A stretch of DNA of 64,000 nucleotides from an uncultured Acidobacteriota bacterium (lineage in GTDB: Bacteria; Acidobacteriota; Blastocatellia; RBC074). Positions 11,569-21,763 of this stretch are shown piece by piece. Positions within the stretch are counted from its first letter, which is position 1; each line of letters begins with the position of its first letter. Both the position numbers and the translations under genes were made by a program. The notes below the pieces were generated by a model. The model did no database searches, had not been told where the DNA came from, and saw only the letters and a program-made list of their open reading frames with translations. Location: NCBI GenBank assembly GCA_963796275.1, contig CAWCKY010000003.1, positions 1,056,001 to 1,120,000 on the forward strand, in the 5' to 3' direction.

Positions 11569-12951
11569 CTACAGGCTGACTGCTCGCGCAACTAAATCGT
11601 ATTCGTGCGCCTCCGTGATTTCGATCTCGATGAAATCGCCGGGTTGCGCATTAAAACCGTCAGGCACATCGTTGATCAAGACGTGCCCATCGACTTCCGG
11701 GGCCTGGGATTCGAGGCGCGCCTGCAGCAACAAGTCGGTCTCTTGCGACACCCCTTCGAGCATTGCCTTGAGGCGCCTGCCGGCGAGCGCTTTGTTGCGC
11801 CGTTTGGAAATCCGGGCCTGCTCGCGCATCAGTTTGGTGCGGCGCGAACGCATGACCCTGGGGAGGACCTTTTCGTCGAGCTCGAAGCCGTGTGTGTTTT
11901 CTTCGTCCGAGTAAGTGAAGACGCCGACCCGGTCGAATTCGACATCGCGGATGAATTGCAGCAATTCATCGAAGTCTTTCTCGGTCTCGCCGGGAAAGCC
12001 GACGATGAAAGTGGTCCGCAGGGCGATCTCCGGAACGAGCTGGCGGGCACGACTCAATAATTTTTCGAGCAACTGCCGGTTGCCGCCGCGGCGCATTCGT
12101 TTGAGCACGGCAGCGCTAGCGTGCTGCAGCGGCATATCGAGGTAGTTGCACACCTTCGGTTCTTCGGCCATTGCTGCAAGCGTTGCGTCGCTCAAAGAGT
12201 TCGGATAGGTATACATCACGCGGATCCACTCGATCCCGCCCACGCGCGACAGGCTGCGCAGAAGATCAGCCAGCCCATCCTTGATGCCCAGGTCCAATCC
12301 GTATTGCGTTGAATCCTGGGAAATTAAAATCAGTTCTTTGACGCCTGCTTCGGCGAGCCGTTCCGCCTCGCGCATAATCGAACCGGCGCGCCGCGAACGA
12401 TATTTGCCTCTCATCTGAGGGATCGCGCAAAACGCGCAGGTGTGATCGCAGCCTTCGGCGATCTTGATATATGCGAAATGTTTCGGCGTCGCGAGAAGAC
12501 GCGGCGAATCTTCGTTGTAGAGGTACGTGGGCAATCCGCGCGTCATCCAGGCATTTGATGAGACGAACGCCGCATCCTGTGCCGCTACCGCCGCCGGGTC
12601 TACCGCTGCGACTATCTTATCTATCTCGCTCGTACCGAGAACTGCGTCGATTTCCGGCAATTGATTGAGCAGATCCTGGCGGTAACGTTCGACCAGACAG
12701 CCCGCGACGACCAGCCGTTTCAGCCTGGCCTTATCTTTTAGTTCCGCCATCTCGAGTATCGTGTTGATCGATTCCTCTTTGGCTGATTGGATGAAGCCGC
12801 AAGTGTTTACCACGAGTACGTCAGCGGTTTCGCGGTCGGTGGTCAATTCGTAGCCGTGGTCTCTCAATTGGCCCATCATGACCTCGCTATCGACGAGGTT
12901 TTTGGGGCAGCCGAGGCTGACGAAGCCGATTTTTTGTACCTCAGGTTTCAT
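11569..12951 (-). CDS. rimO: Ribosomal protein S12 methylthiotransferase
   Basis: SLGCPKNLVDSE, CDHTCAFC radical-SAM motif, C-terminal TRAM domain (QAPEVDG). Confidence 0.96.
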   Translation of the reverse strand: MKPEVQKIGFVSLGCPKNLVDSEVMMGQLRDHGYELTTDRETADVLVVNTCGFIQSAKEESINTILEMAELKDKARLKRLVVAGCLVERYRQDLLNQLPEIDAVLGTSEIDKIVAAVDPAAVAAQDAAFVSSNAWMTRGLPTYLYNEDSPRLLATPKHFAYIKIAEGCDHTCAFCAIPQMRGKYRSRRAGSIMREAERLAEAGVKELILISQDSTQYGLDLGIKDGLADLLRSLSRVGGIEWIRVMYTYPNSLSDATLAAMAEEPKVCNYLDMPLQHASAAVLKRMRRGGNRQLLEKLLSRARQLVPEIALRTTFIVGFPGETEKDFDELLQFIRDVEFDRVGVFTYSDEENTHGFELDEKVLPRVMRSRRTKLMREQARISKRRNKALAGRRLKAMLEGVSQETDLLLQARLESQAPEVDGHVLINDVPDGFNAQPGDFIEIEITEAHEYDLVARAVSL

Positions 12952-13023
12952 TATCTATCACTTCTTTAGAACACGAGATTATATTTATATTTATCCGATG
13001 CCTCTTCGTTACTCCTCTCATCG

Positions 13024-15489
13024 TCACGGGTAATGATACTGGCTGCCGCAATGCAGGCACTCCCTTCTTTTAACGACGACGAGGGTAGTCATGCAGATTA
13101 TATCCAGGGTCGCATACTTCTCGATCATTTTCTTCTGGCCATACCCGGGAAAGTTGATGGTGAGCTTGGCATTCTCGCCATCACCCTCACGCCGGACGAT
13201 CAGGCCCTGCCCGTACTTCGCGTGACGGACGCGCGTCCCCACCTTAAGCTTGCTTTGATTATTCGCGCCGTCTTGCGTCTCTTTCGCGCCCGCCGCTTCG
13301 CGATCCAGGATGCTCCGGTCGATCTGCTTCCCCTGACGCGCGAAAAATTCACGCACGCTGTCGGCGCTGTTATTTTTCGGTCCCTGATAACTGCTCGCGC
13401 GCGCCGGTTTTTCGACGGGTGAAGTCATAGCGCGTAAAGCGTCGCGGTTCTCTCTCGTAGATAATTTTTTCGCGAATCGCATCCAGCTCGGCATCGTTGA
13501 CAGGTCTTCGATCAGATCGAGCGGAAATTCATTCAAGAAACGCGAGGGTTCGGATGGCATCTCTTCGCCGTAAATCCTCCGCTTCATAGTATGCGTGAGA
13601 TAGAGGTACTTTTCGGCCCGTGTTACCGCGACGTAACATAATCTGCGCTCTTCCTCCAACTCATTTTCATTATCGCGAACGCGCGAGTGGGGGAAGAGGT
13701 TCTCTTCGAGGCCGGCGATGAAGACCAACGGAAATTCCAGACCCTTCGCCGAGTGCATCGTCATTAACGTGACTTGCGCCTCGGCTTTGTACTCGTCGGT
13801 GTCGGAGACCAGAGCGGCGTGATCGAGAAAATCGCGCAGATTCTCCCCGCGTTGCTCCGATTCGACCGCCGCATTGACCAGTTCTTCGAGGTTGAGCAGG
13901 CGCCCCTCGGATTCCTCGGTCTTCTCTTCTTTCAGCATCCGCTCATAGCCGGTGTCGATGATGGCCGCTTTGACGACCTCCGAGATCGGCTCGGCCAAGT
14001 CGCGAGCCTTCCCGATGAGGGAATTGACGATATCGCGGAATGATTTTAACGATGAGACGGCGCGCGCGGGCAACAGATTCTGTTCGATGACGAGGGCGAT
14101 CGTCTCCCAGTGCGATACGCCGAATTCCCTGACGCGGCGCTCGAGTTCGTCGATCGTCGTTTTGCCAATACTGCGCGCCGGCGTGTTGATAACGCGCATG
14201 AGCGCTATCGAGTCATTCGGATTGAGCGCCAGTTTCAAATAGGCGATGACATCTTTCACCTCGGCGCGGTCGTAGAAGCTGAATCCGCCAACCAGATTAT
14301 AGCGCAGACCGGCGCGGCGGCATGCCTCCTCAAAGACGCGCGATTGCGCATTTGTGCGGTAGAGGACGGCTGCGCGGAGCTTGTAATCGCGTCGCAGATG
14401 TTCTCCGATCTTACTGACTATCCAGCGCGCCTCGGATTCGGCATCGAGCAGTTGCGCGTATCGGATCATTTCACCATCGGCGGAATTAGCGCGGAGCTCT
14501 TTGTCGAAGCGTTGTTTGTTGTGAGAGATAACCCGATTGGCTGCATCCAGTATTCGTTTAGTCGAACGATAGTTGTCGAGTAGCTTGATCGTCTTCGTTC
14601 CCGGAAAGTCGCGTTCGAAGTTCAGTATGATACTGAAATCTGAACCCCGCCATCCATAGATCGCCTGACTCTCGTCTCCCACCACGCAGAGGCTCCGGTT
14701 GTTCCAGAAGTCTGTTGGTATGCGGCCCAGGTTGAGCGCGTAATCGCCCTCGATAATCAGCCGTGTCATCGAATACTGGATTCCGTTCGTATCTTGAAAC
14801 TCATCCACCATGACGTGTCGGAAGCGGTTGTGGTAATAGCGTCGCGTCTCTTCGGAATGTCGCAGGAGCTGCACCGTACGGATGAGCAGGTCGTCGAAAT
14901 CGAGAGAATTGGCTGCCTTCAGGCGTTCCTCATAAAGACCATAGACGCGCGCGATCGCTTCCCGACGAGATTCGAAGTATTCGGCCTGTGCGGCATAAAC
15001 TTCGGGAGATTCACCGCGATTCTTGGCCCCGCTGATAGCGCCCTGCGCCTGTCGCGCGGTCAGTTGTTTGTCGTCGTATCCCAGGTCTTTGATGCAACCG
15101 CGCAGCAGGCGCTGCTGGTCGTCGGTGTCATAGATCGTAAATGAGCGTGTGTATCCGCGCTCGAGTTTTTCTATGTCGCGCCGCAGGATCCGCACGCAGA
15201 GGGAATGGAAGGTCGAGAGCAGAGGCGAGCTGATGCGCGGTTTATCGGAGAGCAGCTTCTCCACGCGCTCCCTCATTTCACCGGCGGCTTTGTTGGTGAA
15301 AGTCACAGCAAGTATCTGATCGGGCCGCACGCCGAAATTCTCGATCAGATGGGCGATGCGGACTGTGATGACCCGCGTTTTACCGCTGCCGGCTCCGGCC
15401 ACGATCAGGATCGGTCCTTCCGTGGTCGTAACCGCTTCGCGCTGCTGCTGATTGAGTCCGGCCAGAAGATTGTTTTCGTTTGAAGTCAT
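13024..15489 (-). CDS. uvrD: UvrD/PcrA-family DNA helicase
   Basis: AGAGSGKT, VDEFQDTN, MTMHSAKGLEF, EERRLCYVAVTRA; C-terminal Tudor-like domain plus an atypical tail. Confidence 0.95.
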   Translation of the reverse strand: MTSNENNLLAGLNQQQREAVTTTEGPILIVAGAGSGKTRVITVRIAHLIENFGVRPDQILAVTFTNKAAGEMRERVEKLLSDKPRISSPLLSTFHSLCVRILRRDIEKLERGYTRSFTIYDTDDQQRLLRGCIKDLGYDDKQLTARQAQGAISGAKNRGESPEVYAAQAEYFESRREAIARVYGLYEERLKAANSLDFDDLLIRTVQLLRHSEETRRYYHNRFRHVMVDEFQDTNGIQYSMTRLIIEGDYALNLGRIPTDFWNNRSLCVVGDESQAIYGWRGSDFSIILNFERDFPGTKTIKLLDNYRSTKRILDAANRVISHNKQRFDKELRANSADGEMIRYAQLLDAESEARWIVSKIGEHLRRDYKLRAAVLYRTNAQSRVFEEACRRAGLRYNLVGGFSFYDRAEVKDVIAYLKLALNPNDSIALMRVINTPARSIGKTTIDELERRVREFGVSHWETIALVIEQNLLPARAVSSLKSFRDIVNSLIGKARDLAEPISEVVKAAIIDTGYERMLKEEKTEESEGRLLNLEELVNAAVESEQRGENLRDFLDHAALVSDTDEYKAEAQVTLMTMHSAKGLEFPLVFIAGLEENLFPHSRVRDNENELEEERRLCYVAVTRAEKYLYLTHTMKRRIYGEEMPSEPSRFLNEFPLDLIEDLSTMPSWMRFAKKLSTRENRDALRAMTSPVEKPARASSYQGPKNNSADSVREFFARQGKQIDRSILDREAAGAKETQDGANNQSKLKVGTRVRHAKYGQGLIVRREGDGENAKLTINFPGYGQKKMIEKYATLDIICMTTLVVVKRRECLHCGSQYHYP

Positions 15490-15500
15490 CGGTTAATGAA

Positions 15501-15581
15501 AGTTTCAGTTTTCAGTTTTCAGTTTTCAGTTGCTGATTCAGGTCATTTGACTAAAAACTAAAAACTAAAAACTAAAAACTA
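15501..15581 (-). repeat. Heptamer inverted-repeat hairpin, (TTTTTAG)n...(CTGAAAA)n on the minus strand
   Basis: Visible directly; begins at the acyl-CoA dehydrogenase stop codon. Confidence 0.85.
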
Positions 15582-16763
15582 TTTTTCGGCCAGCATCAAC
15601 CTGGCAATGGTCTGCTTCTGCATATTCGACGTGCCTTCGTAAATCTGGCCGATCTTACAATCGCGAAAGTATTTCTCGACCGGATAATCTTTAACATAGC
15701 CGTATCCGCCATAGAGATTGACTGCCTCCGACGAGACCTTTTCGGCGACGATTGAGGCGTAGAGCTTGGCCATGGCGGCCTGTTTGATGAAGGGTAGTCG
15801 GGCATCCTTGAGCCGGGCAGCGTTGTATACCATCAGCCGTGCGGCCTCGATCTGGGTGGCCATTTCGGCGATCTGGAACTGCACCCCCTGAAATTCGCTG
15901 ATCGCCTGACCGAATTGCCTGCGCTCTTTCGTATATGCCAGTGCGCATTCGAACGCGCCGCGGGCCAGTCCCAGCATCTGCGCTCCGATGCCGATGCGGC
16001 CCTCGTTCAACGTTTCAATGGCTATCTTGTAGCCTTTACCCAATTCCCCGAGCACGTTCTCTTTCGACACCCGGCAGTTATCGAAGAGCAGTTCGCACGT
16101 CGATGAAGCGCGAATGCCGAGCTTCTCCTCTTTTTTACCGACCGAGAAACCCGCGAACCCCTTCTCGATGATGAAGGCAGTTATGCCTTTGTACCCTTTG
16201 CTCGGATCGACAGTGGCGAAGACGACGAAGATTCCCGCTTCGTTGCCGTTGGTTATCCAGAGTTTTCTGCCATTGATCAGAAAGTGATCGCCCTTGTCCT
16301 CGGCTCTGGTTTGTAATGCGAACGCGTCCGAACCCGATCCCGCTTCACTCAAGCAATAAGCGCCCACCGTATCCTTGCACAGACGCGTGACATAACGCGT
16401 CTTCTGCGCGTCGGTCCCATAATTCAAAAATGCATTGATGACGAGGGTATTGTTAACGTCGACGCAGACGCTGATCGACGGATCGATGCGCGCAAGTTCT
16501 TCGATCGCCAGACAAGCCATGAAGAACGAACCGCCCGAACCGCCAAATCCTTCCTCGGGCTCAATGCCCATCAACCCGAGCTCAAAGCATTTATCGATGA
16601 TTTCGGGGCGAATCTTTTGTTTTTCGTCCATTTCACGGACGTATGGTTTTATCTCCGCTTCGGCGAACTCTCTTACGCTTGCGGCGAAAAGCTTCTCCTC
16701 ATCGGACAAAACAGTTAAGGGTTGTACGTTAATTTGATCCGGTGCTTCGCGAAACTGAGCCAT
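15579..16763 (-). CDS. Acyl-CoA dehydrogenase (short/branched-chain type)
   Basis: LSEAGSGSDA, GRKLWITNG, KLGIRAS, GRIGIGAQ, IYEGTSNMQ. Confidence 0.95.
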   Translation of the reverse strand: MAQFREAPDQINVQPLTVLSDEEKLFAASVREFAEAEIKPYVREMDEKQKIRPEIIDKCFELGLMGIEPEEGFGGSGGSFFMACLAIEELARIDPSISVCVDVNNTLVINAFLNYGTDAQKTRYVTRLCKDTVGAYCLSEAGSGSDAFALQTRAEDKGDHFLINGRKLWITNGNEAGIFVVFATVDPSKGYKGITAFIIEKGFAGFSVGKKEEKLGIRASSTCELLFDNCRVSKENVLGELGKGYKIAIETLNEGRIGIGAQMLGLARGAFECALAYTKERRQFGQAISEFQGVQFQIAEMATQIEAARLMVYNAARLKDARLPFIKQAAMAKLYASIVAEKVSSEAVNLYGGYGYVKDYPVEKYFRDCKIGQIYEGTSNMQKQTIARLMLAEK

Positions 16764-17043
16764 GGCTTCTCCTCTGGAAATAGACGGGATATACAGGATC
16801 GGAATAAGTTCCGAAATCCCATAAATACTCTCTATTCACCTTCTTTTTTGGGCCTCGCTGGCGATCTGTCATGCGCTGCGCAAATGACTCATCGGTCGAT
16901 CAAGCATCTTACAATAGCGCCTCTCCTTTGCCAACTTTCGCCCAATGACTATAATCTGCCTGCTGTTTTGACGCTTTCGTATTTAAGAATTTCAGAATAG
17001 ATGTTCTAGGTAACTCACTTCATTCATTCACCGGAGGCAAAAA

Positions 17044-17940
17044 ATGGACAGACGAAATTTTATTAAGACTTCGGCGCTTGGCGTTGTCTCGACAATTCTT
17101 CCTAAAGAATCGGTCATCAGTTCGCCAGCACCTGGTGGGCAGCTAAAAAAAGCGGTCCTGATCAGCATGTTCCCCAAGCAGATGAGCTACCTCGACCGTT
17201 TCAAGCTTGCCGTCGATACCGGCTTTGAGGGAATCGAAGCCCAGACGATAACCGATGAAAAGGTGGCTGATGAGATCAAGGAGGCCTCGATCAAAGCCAA
17301 GCTTCCGATCCACTCGGTGATGAATATGGGGCATTGGGAGTGGCCTCTCTCCAGCCCGAACCAGGATGACGTGACGAAGAGTCTCCAGGCTATGGAAACC
17401 TCGCTGCGCAACGCAAAGCTCTGGGGCGCCGAAACGGTGTTGCTCGTGCCCGCAGTTGTCCGGCCCGACACGACCTATGAACAGGCCTGGCAACGTTCGC
17501 AGCCGCAGATCAAAAAATTGATTCCATTGGCGAAGGAGCTCGGTGTAGTCATCGCAATCGAAGAGGTGTGGAACAGGTTTCTGCTGACCGCGCCGGATAT
17601 GGCGCGCTACGTCGATGAATTCAAGAGTCCCTGGGTCAAAGCCTACTGCGATGTAGGCAATATGGTCTTTTACGGCTTCCCGCAGGAATGGGTTCGCGTG
17701 CTCGGCAAGCGCATCGTCAGATTCCATTTGAAAGATTTCGACACGAAGTCGCGACAATTTGTGCCGCTCCTCGAAGGAAGTATCGATTGGAAAGAGGTGC
17801 GCAAAGCGATCGGCGAGATCGGTTACAGCGGATTCCTCACGGTCGAATTATCGGCTAAACCTGATGAGTTGAAAGATGGGCATCCGGCCTATTTGCGTGA
17901 GGTAGTTAAACGAGTTGATCGGATTTTTGCGGGGGAATAG
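17044..17940 (+). CDS. Tat-exported sugar-phosphate isomerase/epimerase (xylose-isomerase-like TIM barrel)
   Basis: MDRRNFIK Tat motif; IEEVWN, DVGN, HLKDF, TVE metal ligands. Confidence 0.88.
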   Translation: MDRRNFIKTSALGVVSTILPKESVISSPAPGGQLKKAVLISMFPKQMSYLDRFKLAVDTGFEGIEAQTITDEKVADEIKEASIKAKLPIHSVMNMGHWEWPLSSPNQDDVTKSLQAMETSLRNAKLWGAETVLLVPAVVRPDTTYEQAWQRSQPQIKKLIPLAKELGVVIAIEEVWNRFLLTAPDMARYVDEFKSPWVKAYCDVGNMVFYGFPQEWVRVLGKRIVRFHLKDFDTKSRQFVPLLEGSIDWKEVRKAIGEIGYSGFLTVELSAKPDELKDGHPAYLREVVKRVDRIFAGE

Positions 17941-18057
17941 TCTCTGGCATATGGCATATAAACGGCGCGGAGATCGTAAGCGACTGAGCTTCCCCATTGG
18001 TTCGCCGGTCAAAGCTCAAGTCGCTTACACTCAAGTGACTAGGCGCTATTTCAATGA

Positions 18058-18192
18058 GGGCAAATTAAAGTCGGTGGTTATCAATAGTTTTCGATTGGCT
18101 CCGGAGGAGCCTGATGTATATAGCGATCGATTACCCAATCTCACATGCCGACCAGGACCGATAACGTTCCATCAGTGACCATATATTTGCGC
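18058..18192. repeat. Dispersed REP-containing element, shortened copy (relative at 33184-33413)
   Basis: Shares gcaaat(t/c)aaagt, attggctccggaggagcc(t/c)gatgtata, cgattacccaa and cagga(c/a)cgataacgtt with the other copy. Confidence 0.75.
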
Positions 18193-18194
18193 TT

Positions 18195-18716
18195 TCAGTT
18201 CAATAACTGTTCCAACTCGCGAGTGATCTGATTATATGCTTCGCCTTGATCTGTGCCGAATCCGACGTGTTTGCGAGCGACTTTACCGTCGCGGTCAAGA
18301 ATCAGTAACGTCGGCAAGGCGTCAAGGCCAAAGTACCTGTAAGCTTCCTGATCTGGATCGCGCAGCATCTTCACGCGCAGGCTATTTTTCTGCGCGAACT
18401 CGCGCAGATTGTCGTCCGACGCATAGGTCCGCGCACCCGGCCTCGCGCTATTGATCGAAACCCAATAAACCTGCACTCCGCGATCACTGAACCGATCGGA
18501 AAGCTTCTGCAGCGCGGGCAATTCGCGCGAAGCCATCGGTACCCAAGTGCCGCCGAATGACATCACAACTACTTTCCCGCGCAGATCCTTAAGGGTGAAT
18601 TCCTGGCCCTCGATCGGATGCAGTTTGATCCCCTGATTCTGCGTAAATGCGGCGCTGAATAGCATTGTGAGAATTGCGATGCTCAGCGTAATCGTCATCT
18701 TCAGGTGTTTTAACAT
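18195..18716 (-). CDS. TlpA/ResA-like thioredoxin-fold protein lacking CxxC
   Basis: LKDLRGKVVVMSF..TWVPMA..ELP and LPTLLILDRDGKV; signal peptide; no Cys. Confidence 0.85.
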   Translation of the reverse strand: MLKHLKMTITLSIAILTMLFSAAFTQNQGIKLHPIEGQEFTLKDLRGKVVVMSFGGTWVPMASRELPALQKLSDRFSDRGVQVYWVSINSARPGARTYASDDNLREFAQKNSLRVKMLRDPDQEAYRYFGLDALPTLLILDRDGKVARKHVGFGTDQGEAYNQITRELEQLLN

Positions 18717-18912
18717 ATAAACTCCTCCCATTCGTCTCTCCCCGCACACACTTGTTTTCCGTGCGGTTGAAAACGGCGTTTAGATGCTAAATCTAATGCA
18801 ATAGTTTGATGACACGATTATTGACTGATTGCAATTCTCGGCCTACGGTCTATCTGATGTCAAGCATATGCCTATTAAGCTTTTACAATGTAAATTGTAA
18901 TAATTTAAGATT

Positions 18913-19668
18913 TTACAATTCACGTACCCAGACATTTCTGAACCTCATCGGATTGCCGTGATCCTGCAAAACGATCGGTCCCTTCGCGTGCTTTTTATAA
19001 GTTGGAAAGATTGGTTCGTGAGTAGTCGGGCCATAGACGTCAGCGTTATCCTGAATTAGTACGCCATTATGCAGGACGGTGACGGTCGCCTTCTTTTTTA
19101 CTTTGCCATCTTCGGAGAAGATCGGCGCGTGGTAGATGATATCGTAGGTTTGCCATTCGCCGGGTTTGCGTGAAGCGTTGACGAGCGGAGGATATTGTTT
19201 GTAGACCGAACCCGCCTGCCCATAGTAGTAGGTTTTATTGTTATAAGAATCGAGCACCTGAACTTCGTAAAGACCCTGCAGAAAGACGCCGCTATTGCCT
19301 CGTCCCTGACTCTCACCCTTAACTTCGCTAGGCGTCGCCCATTCGATGTGCAATTGAAGGTCATCGAATTCCTGCTTAGTCCTGATATCGCCGGTGCCGC
19401 CTTTGACGATCATGGCGCCTTCCTTGATCTCCCACTGCGGAGCGCCGCCGGATTTGACGCTCGACCATTTGGAAAAATCCTTGCCATCGAAAAGGACGAT
19501 TGCGTCCGACGGCGCCCGCGTAACGTCACCAGGATCGATAATCTTAGGCTCTTCTTTCGGCTCGGGTATCTGTGTCATGGTGCGGCCCCCCATCGACGCG
19601 CAAGCGAGAATGGCGAATGCCAGGCTGGCGAAAACGGAAATTCGAGTGAACTGGATTCCTTTGAGCAT
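18913..19668 (-). CDS. DUF1080 (3-keto-disaccharide hydrolase-like) secreted protein
   Basis: [46 protein letters not shown]. Confidence 0.92.
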   Translation of the reverse strand: MLKGIQFTRISVFASLAFAILACASMGGRTMTQIPEPKEEPKIIDPGDVTRAPSDAIVLFDGKDFSKWSSVKSGGAPQWEIKEGAMIVKGGTGDIRTKQEFDDLQLHIEWATPSEVKGESQGRGNSGVFLQGLYEVQVLDSYNNKTYYYGQAGSVYKQYPPLVNASRKPGEWQTYDIIYHAPIFSEDGKVKKKATVTVLHNGVLIQDNADVYGPTTHEPIFPTYKKHAKGPIVLQDHGNPMRFRNVWVREL

Positions 19669-19685
19669 GGTTCTCCTCAGAAAAT

Positions 19686-19781
19686 AGTTTTCAGTCTTCA
19701 GTTTTCAGTTGCCGATCGTGATCACCCAACTGAAAGCCGAAAACTGAATGCTGAAAACTGAATGCTGAAAACTAAAAACTC
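19686..19781 (-). repeat. Heptamer inverted-repeat hairpin, (TTTTCAG)n...(CTGAAAA)n
   Basis: Visible directly, immediately after the Dabb stop codon. Confidence 0.85.
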
Positions 19782-19782
19782 T

Positions 19783-20079
19783 TTAAGTAACGGCATCATA
19801 GATCAAAATTTTTGACCACAAATTCGAGCGTTCCCTGAACTTGTCATGAACCGGGTGTTTTTGATAGATGTCGTGACCTTCATCATCGTCGAAAACGACG
19901 ACCAGCGCGCAGGAGTACGAGCTATCGATGACCGGGCGATCCGTCGATGCAGGCGCTCCGATAAAACAATGGCGGACCGACTCTATAGCCGCCAGCGAGC
20001 GCACACTTTCCCAGAACAAAGCGCGTTGCTCTTCGGTCAAGTCGGGTTTGAGCCAGAAGTAAACGGAGTGAACGAACAT
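19783..20079 (-). CDS. Dabb (stress-responsive A/B barrel) protein
   Basis: MFVHSVYFWLK...YQKHPVH...IYD; GAGGAG RBS before the start. Confidence 0.88.
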   Translation of the reverse strand: MFVHSVYFWLKPDLTEEQRALFWESVRSLAAIESVRHCFIGAPASTDRPVIDSSYSCALVVVFDDDEGHDIYQKHPVHDKFRERSNLWSKILIYDAVT

Positions 20080-20167
20080 ATTTCTCCTCATTGAGATCAG
20101 GTTGTGAAGACTTGATGTCGCACGTATAAACGAAATCGGTGGATAATTCAACCGGGCGAGCGCATAT

Positions 20168-20770
20168 TCAAGGCTCGATGACGCGGCGTCCTTCTATTCT
20201 AAACTTTTCGCTCAGGATCAGCGAAACGGCGTCGGGATAGATCCTGTGTTCTTCACGAAGGATACGTTGGGATAGCATTTCAACGGTATCGTCGTACAGC
20301 ACGGGGACGACAGCTTGTTTGATTATCGGTCCTTGGTCCAGGTGCTCGTTTACCAGATGAACTGTGCAGCCGGAAACTTTGACGCCGTGTTCGAGCGCCT
20401 TTCTTTGCGCGTCGAGTCCGGGGAAGGAGGGCAAAAGAGATGGATGGATGTTCAGAATCCTGTTTTCGAATGCGCGTATGAACCAAGGGGAGAGCAATCG
20501 CATGTAGCCCGCCAGACATATCAGATCGATCTGACGTCGAAGAAGCTCTTGCGCCATTGAGCGGTCGTGTTCCTCGCGCGTCTTTCCTTGGTGATCGAGG
20601 TGAAGGGTTTCAATCCCGCGTTCTCGCGCGCTTTCGATTCCGGGAGCCGTCGGGATATTGCTGATGACCAGTCCGATCCGGGCGTCGGGGATGCGACCGT
20701 CGCGCGTCGCATCGGCCAGCGCCACCATGTTCGAACCGCGGCCGGAGATGAGGATGCCTATTTGTTTCAC
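20168..20770 (-). CDS. purN: Phosphoribosylglycinamide formyltransferase
   Basis: ISGRGSN, LAGYMRLL, NIHPSLLP, GCTVHLV; GTG start. Confidence 0.96.
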   Translation of the reverse strand: MKQIGILISGRGSNMVALADATRDGRIPDARIGLVISNIPTAPGIESARERGIETLHLDHQGKTREEHDRSMAQELLRRQIDLICLAGYMRLLSPWFIRAFENRILNIHPSLLPSFPGLDAQRKALEHGVKVSGCTVHLVNEHLDQGPIIKQAVVPVLYDDTVEMLSQRILREEHRIYPDAVSLILSEKFRIEGRRVIEP

Positions 20771-20774
20771 TGTC

Positions 20775-21401
20775 TCATTGTACGTAACGCGCGAGCAGTC
20801 CATCGAATTCGGCTTCGCTCATCCATCGATCCTTGCTCGCAGCCGTGCGTCCCAGATTGAGCGGCGAATAGAAATACGTCTCACCGCGATGGAAGTCGTG
20901 GATTATTCGCGCCGGCGATGCCGGAGAATTTGAATTGGGTTTGACCGATAGTCTCAAATAGATCACACGTCCGTTCGACATCCAGGATTGTTGCTCGATC
21001 TTAGCAATCAGTAAAGGCGAAAGGTTGTAAACCAGCGAAGAACCGGCGCCCGCATTGAAGATCAGCCTGGCACGGTTGCGATACCGGTACTGTTCTATTC
21101 GATAACTAACGTTTGCGTCGAACTCGTCCCTGCGATCGCTCGCCGCGAGCGACTCGGTGCTTGTCATGTAAGTCGTGATTCCAATAGCGATTGCCAGCGC
21201 CGCGGCGATGATCCCGATGATCATACCCTTTCGTTTCCAGCCGGCAAATCGTGCTTTGAAGCTGCTGACGGCCTGCCCGTCAGGCGTCATTCGATCTTCA
21301 CCAGATCCGTGACGCCTAGTTAGCGTCTTTTCTAATTCATTCAATTCTTCCGTAGAGAGTCGATCGATACGCGAGAGAATATCTTTAACCGGGGCGTCCA
21401 T
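20775..21401 (-). CDS. Hypothetical single-pass membrane protein
   Basis: GGAGG RBS; one TM segment (IIGIIAAALAIAIGIT); ends 4 nt before purN. Confidence 0.65.
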   Translation of the reverse strand: MDAPVKDILSRIDRLSTEELNELEKTLTRRHGSGEDRMTPDGQAVSSFKARFAGWKRKGMIIGIIAAALAIAIGITTYMTSTESLAASDRRDEFDANVSYRIEQYRYRNRARLIFNAGAGSSLVYNLSPLLIAKIEQQSWMSNGRVIYLRLSVKPNSNSPASPARIIHDFHRGETYFYSPLNLGRTAASKDRWMSEAEFDGLLARYVQ

Positions 21402-21585
21402 ATACCCACCTCCCTCTGTATTGGACAGGATATCTATTTTTTTCGGGAATTACCGAATCGAGGTATCCCGAACAATCATCTGAAGTTCCTGACTGTGAAG
21501 TTCCTGCCTGAATATTTATCGACAAACAAATTATTCGCCTGTTCGAGTCAACATGCAAGATTCATCTCATACCGGCTGCCGGCGC

Positions 21586-21627
21586 AAAATGAAAATGGGT
21601 AGCACAGTGCAACCTGTACTACCCATT
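21586..21627 (-). terminator. Intrinsic terminator (minus strand)
   Basis: AATGGGTAGTACAG/CTGTGCTACCCATT stem followed by TTCATTTT. Confidence 0.7.
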
Positions 21628-21648
21628 CATATAGATGAATTTTCGTAC

Positions 21649-21763
21649 CGGACATTCAGTAGATACCGACCCTCTGATCACCACCACTGCCGTCATTTAT
21701 GACTGGCCCATAAGACGACAGAAGCAGTGAATCTGCCCCCGTCAGTAATCTACTGAACGTCCG
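21649..21763 (-). ncRNA. Candidate structured RNA (rod-like hairpin)
   Basis: About 22-bp outer stem whose two mismatches are G-U only on the minus strand; inner stems cactgc/gcagtg, cgtc/gacg, ttatg/cataa; terminator downstream. Confidence 0.45.

Noticed and set aside
18195-18716. Selenocysteine-containing thioredoxin
   Set aside because: The active-site codons encode Val and Ala; there is no in-frame TGA
21649-21763. 6S RNA assignment for the hairpin
   Set aside because: Only about 115 nt, no large central bubble, and not in a usual ssrS context; kept as an unclassified candidate
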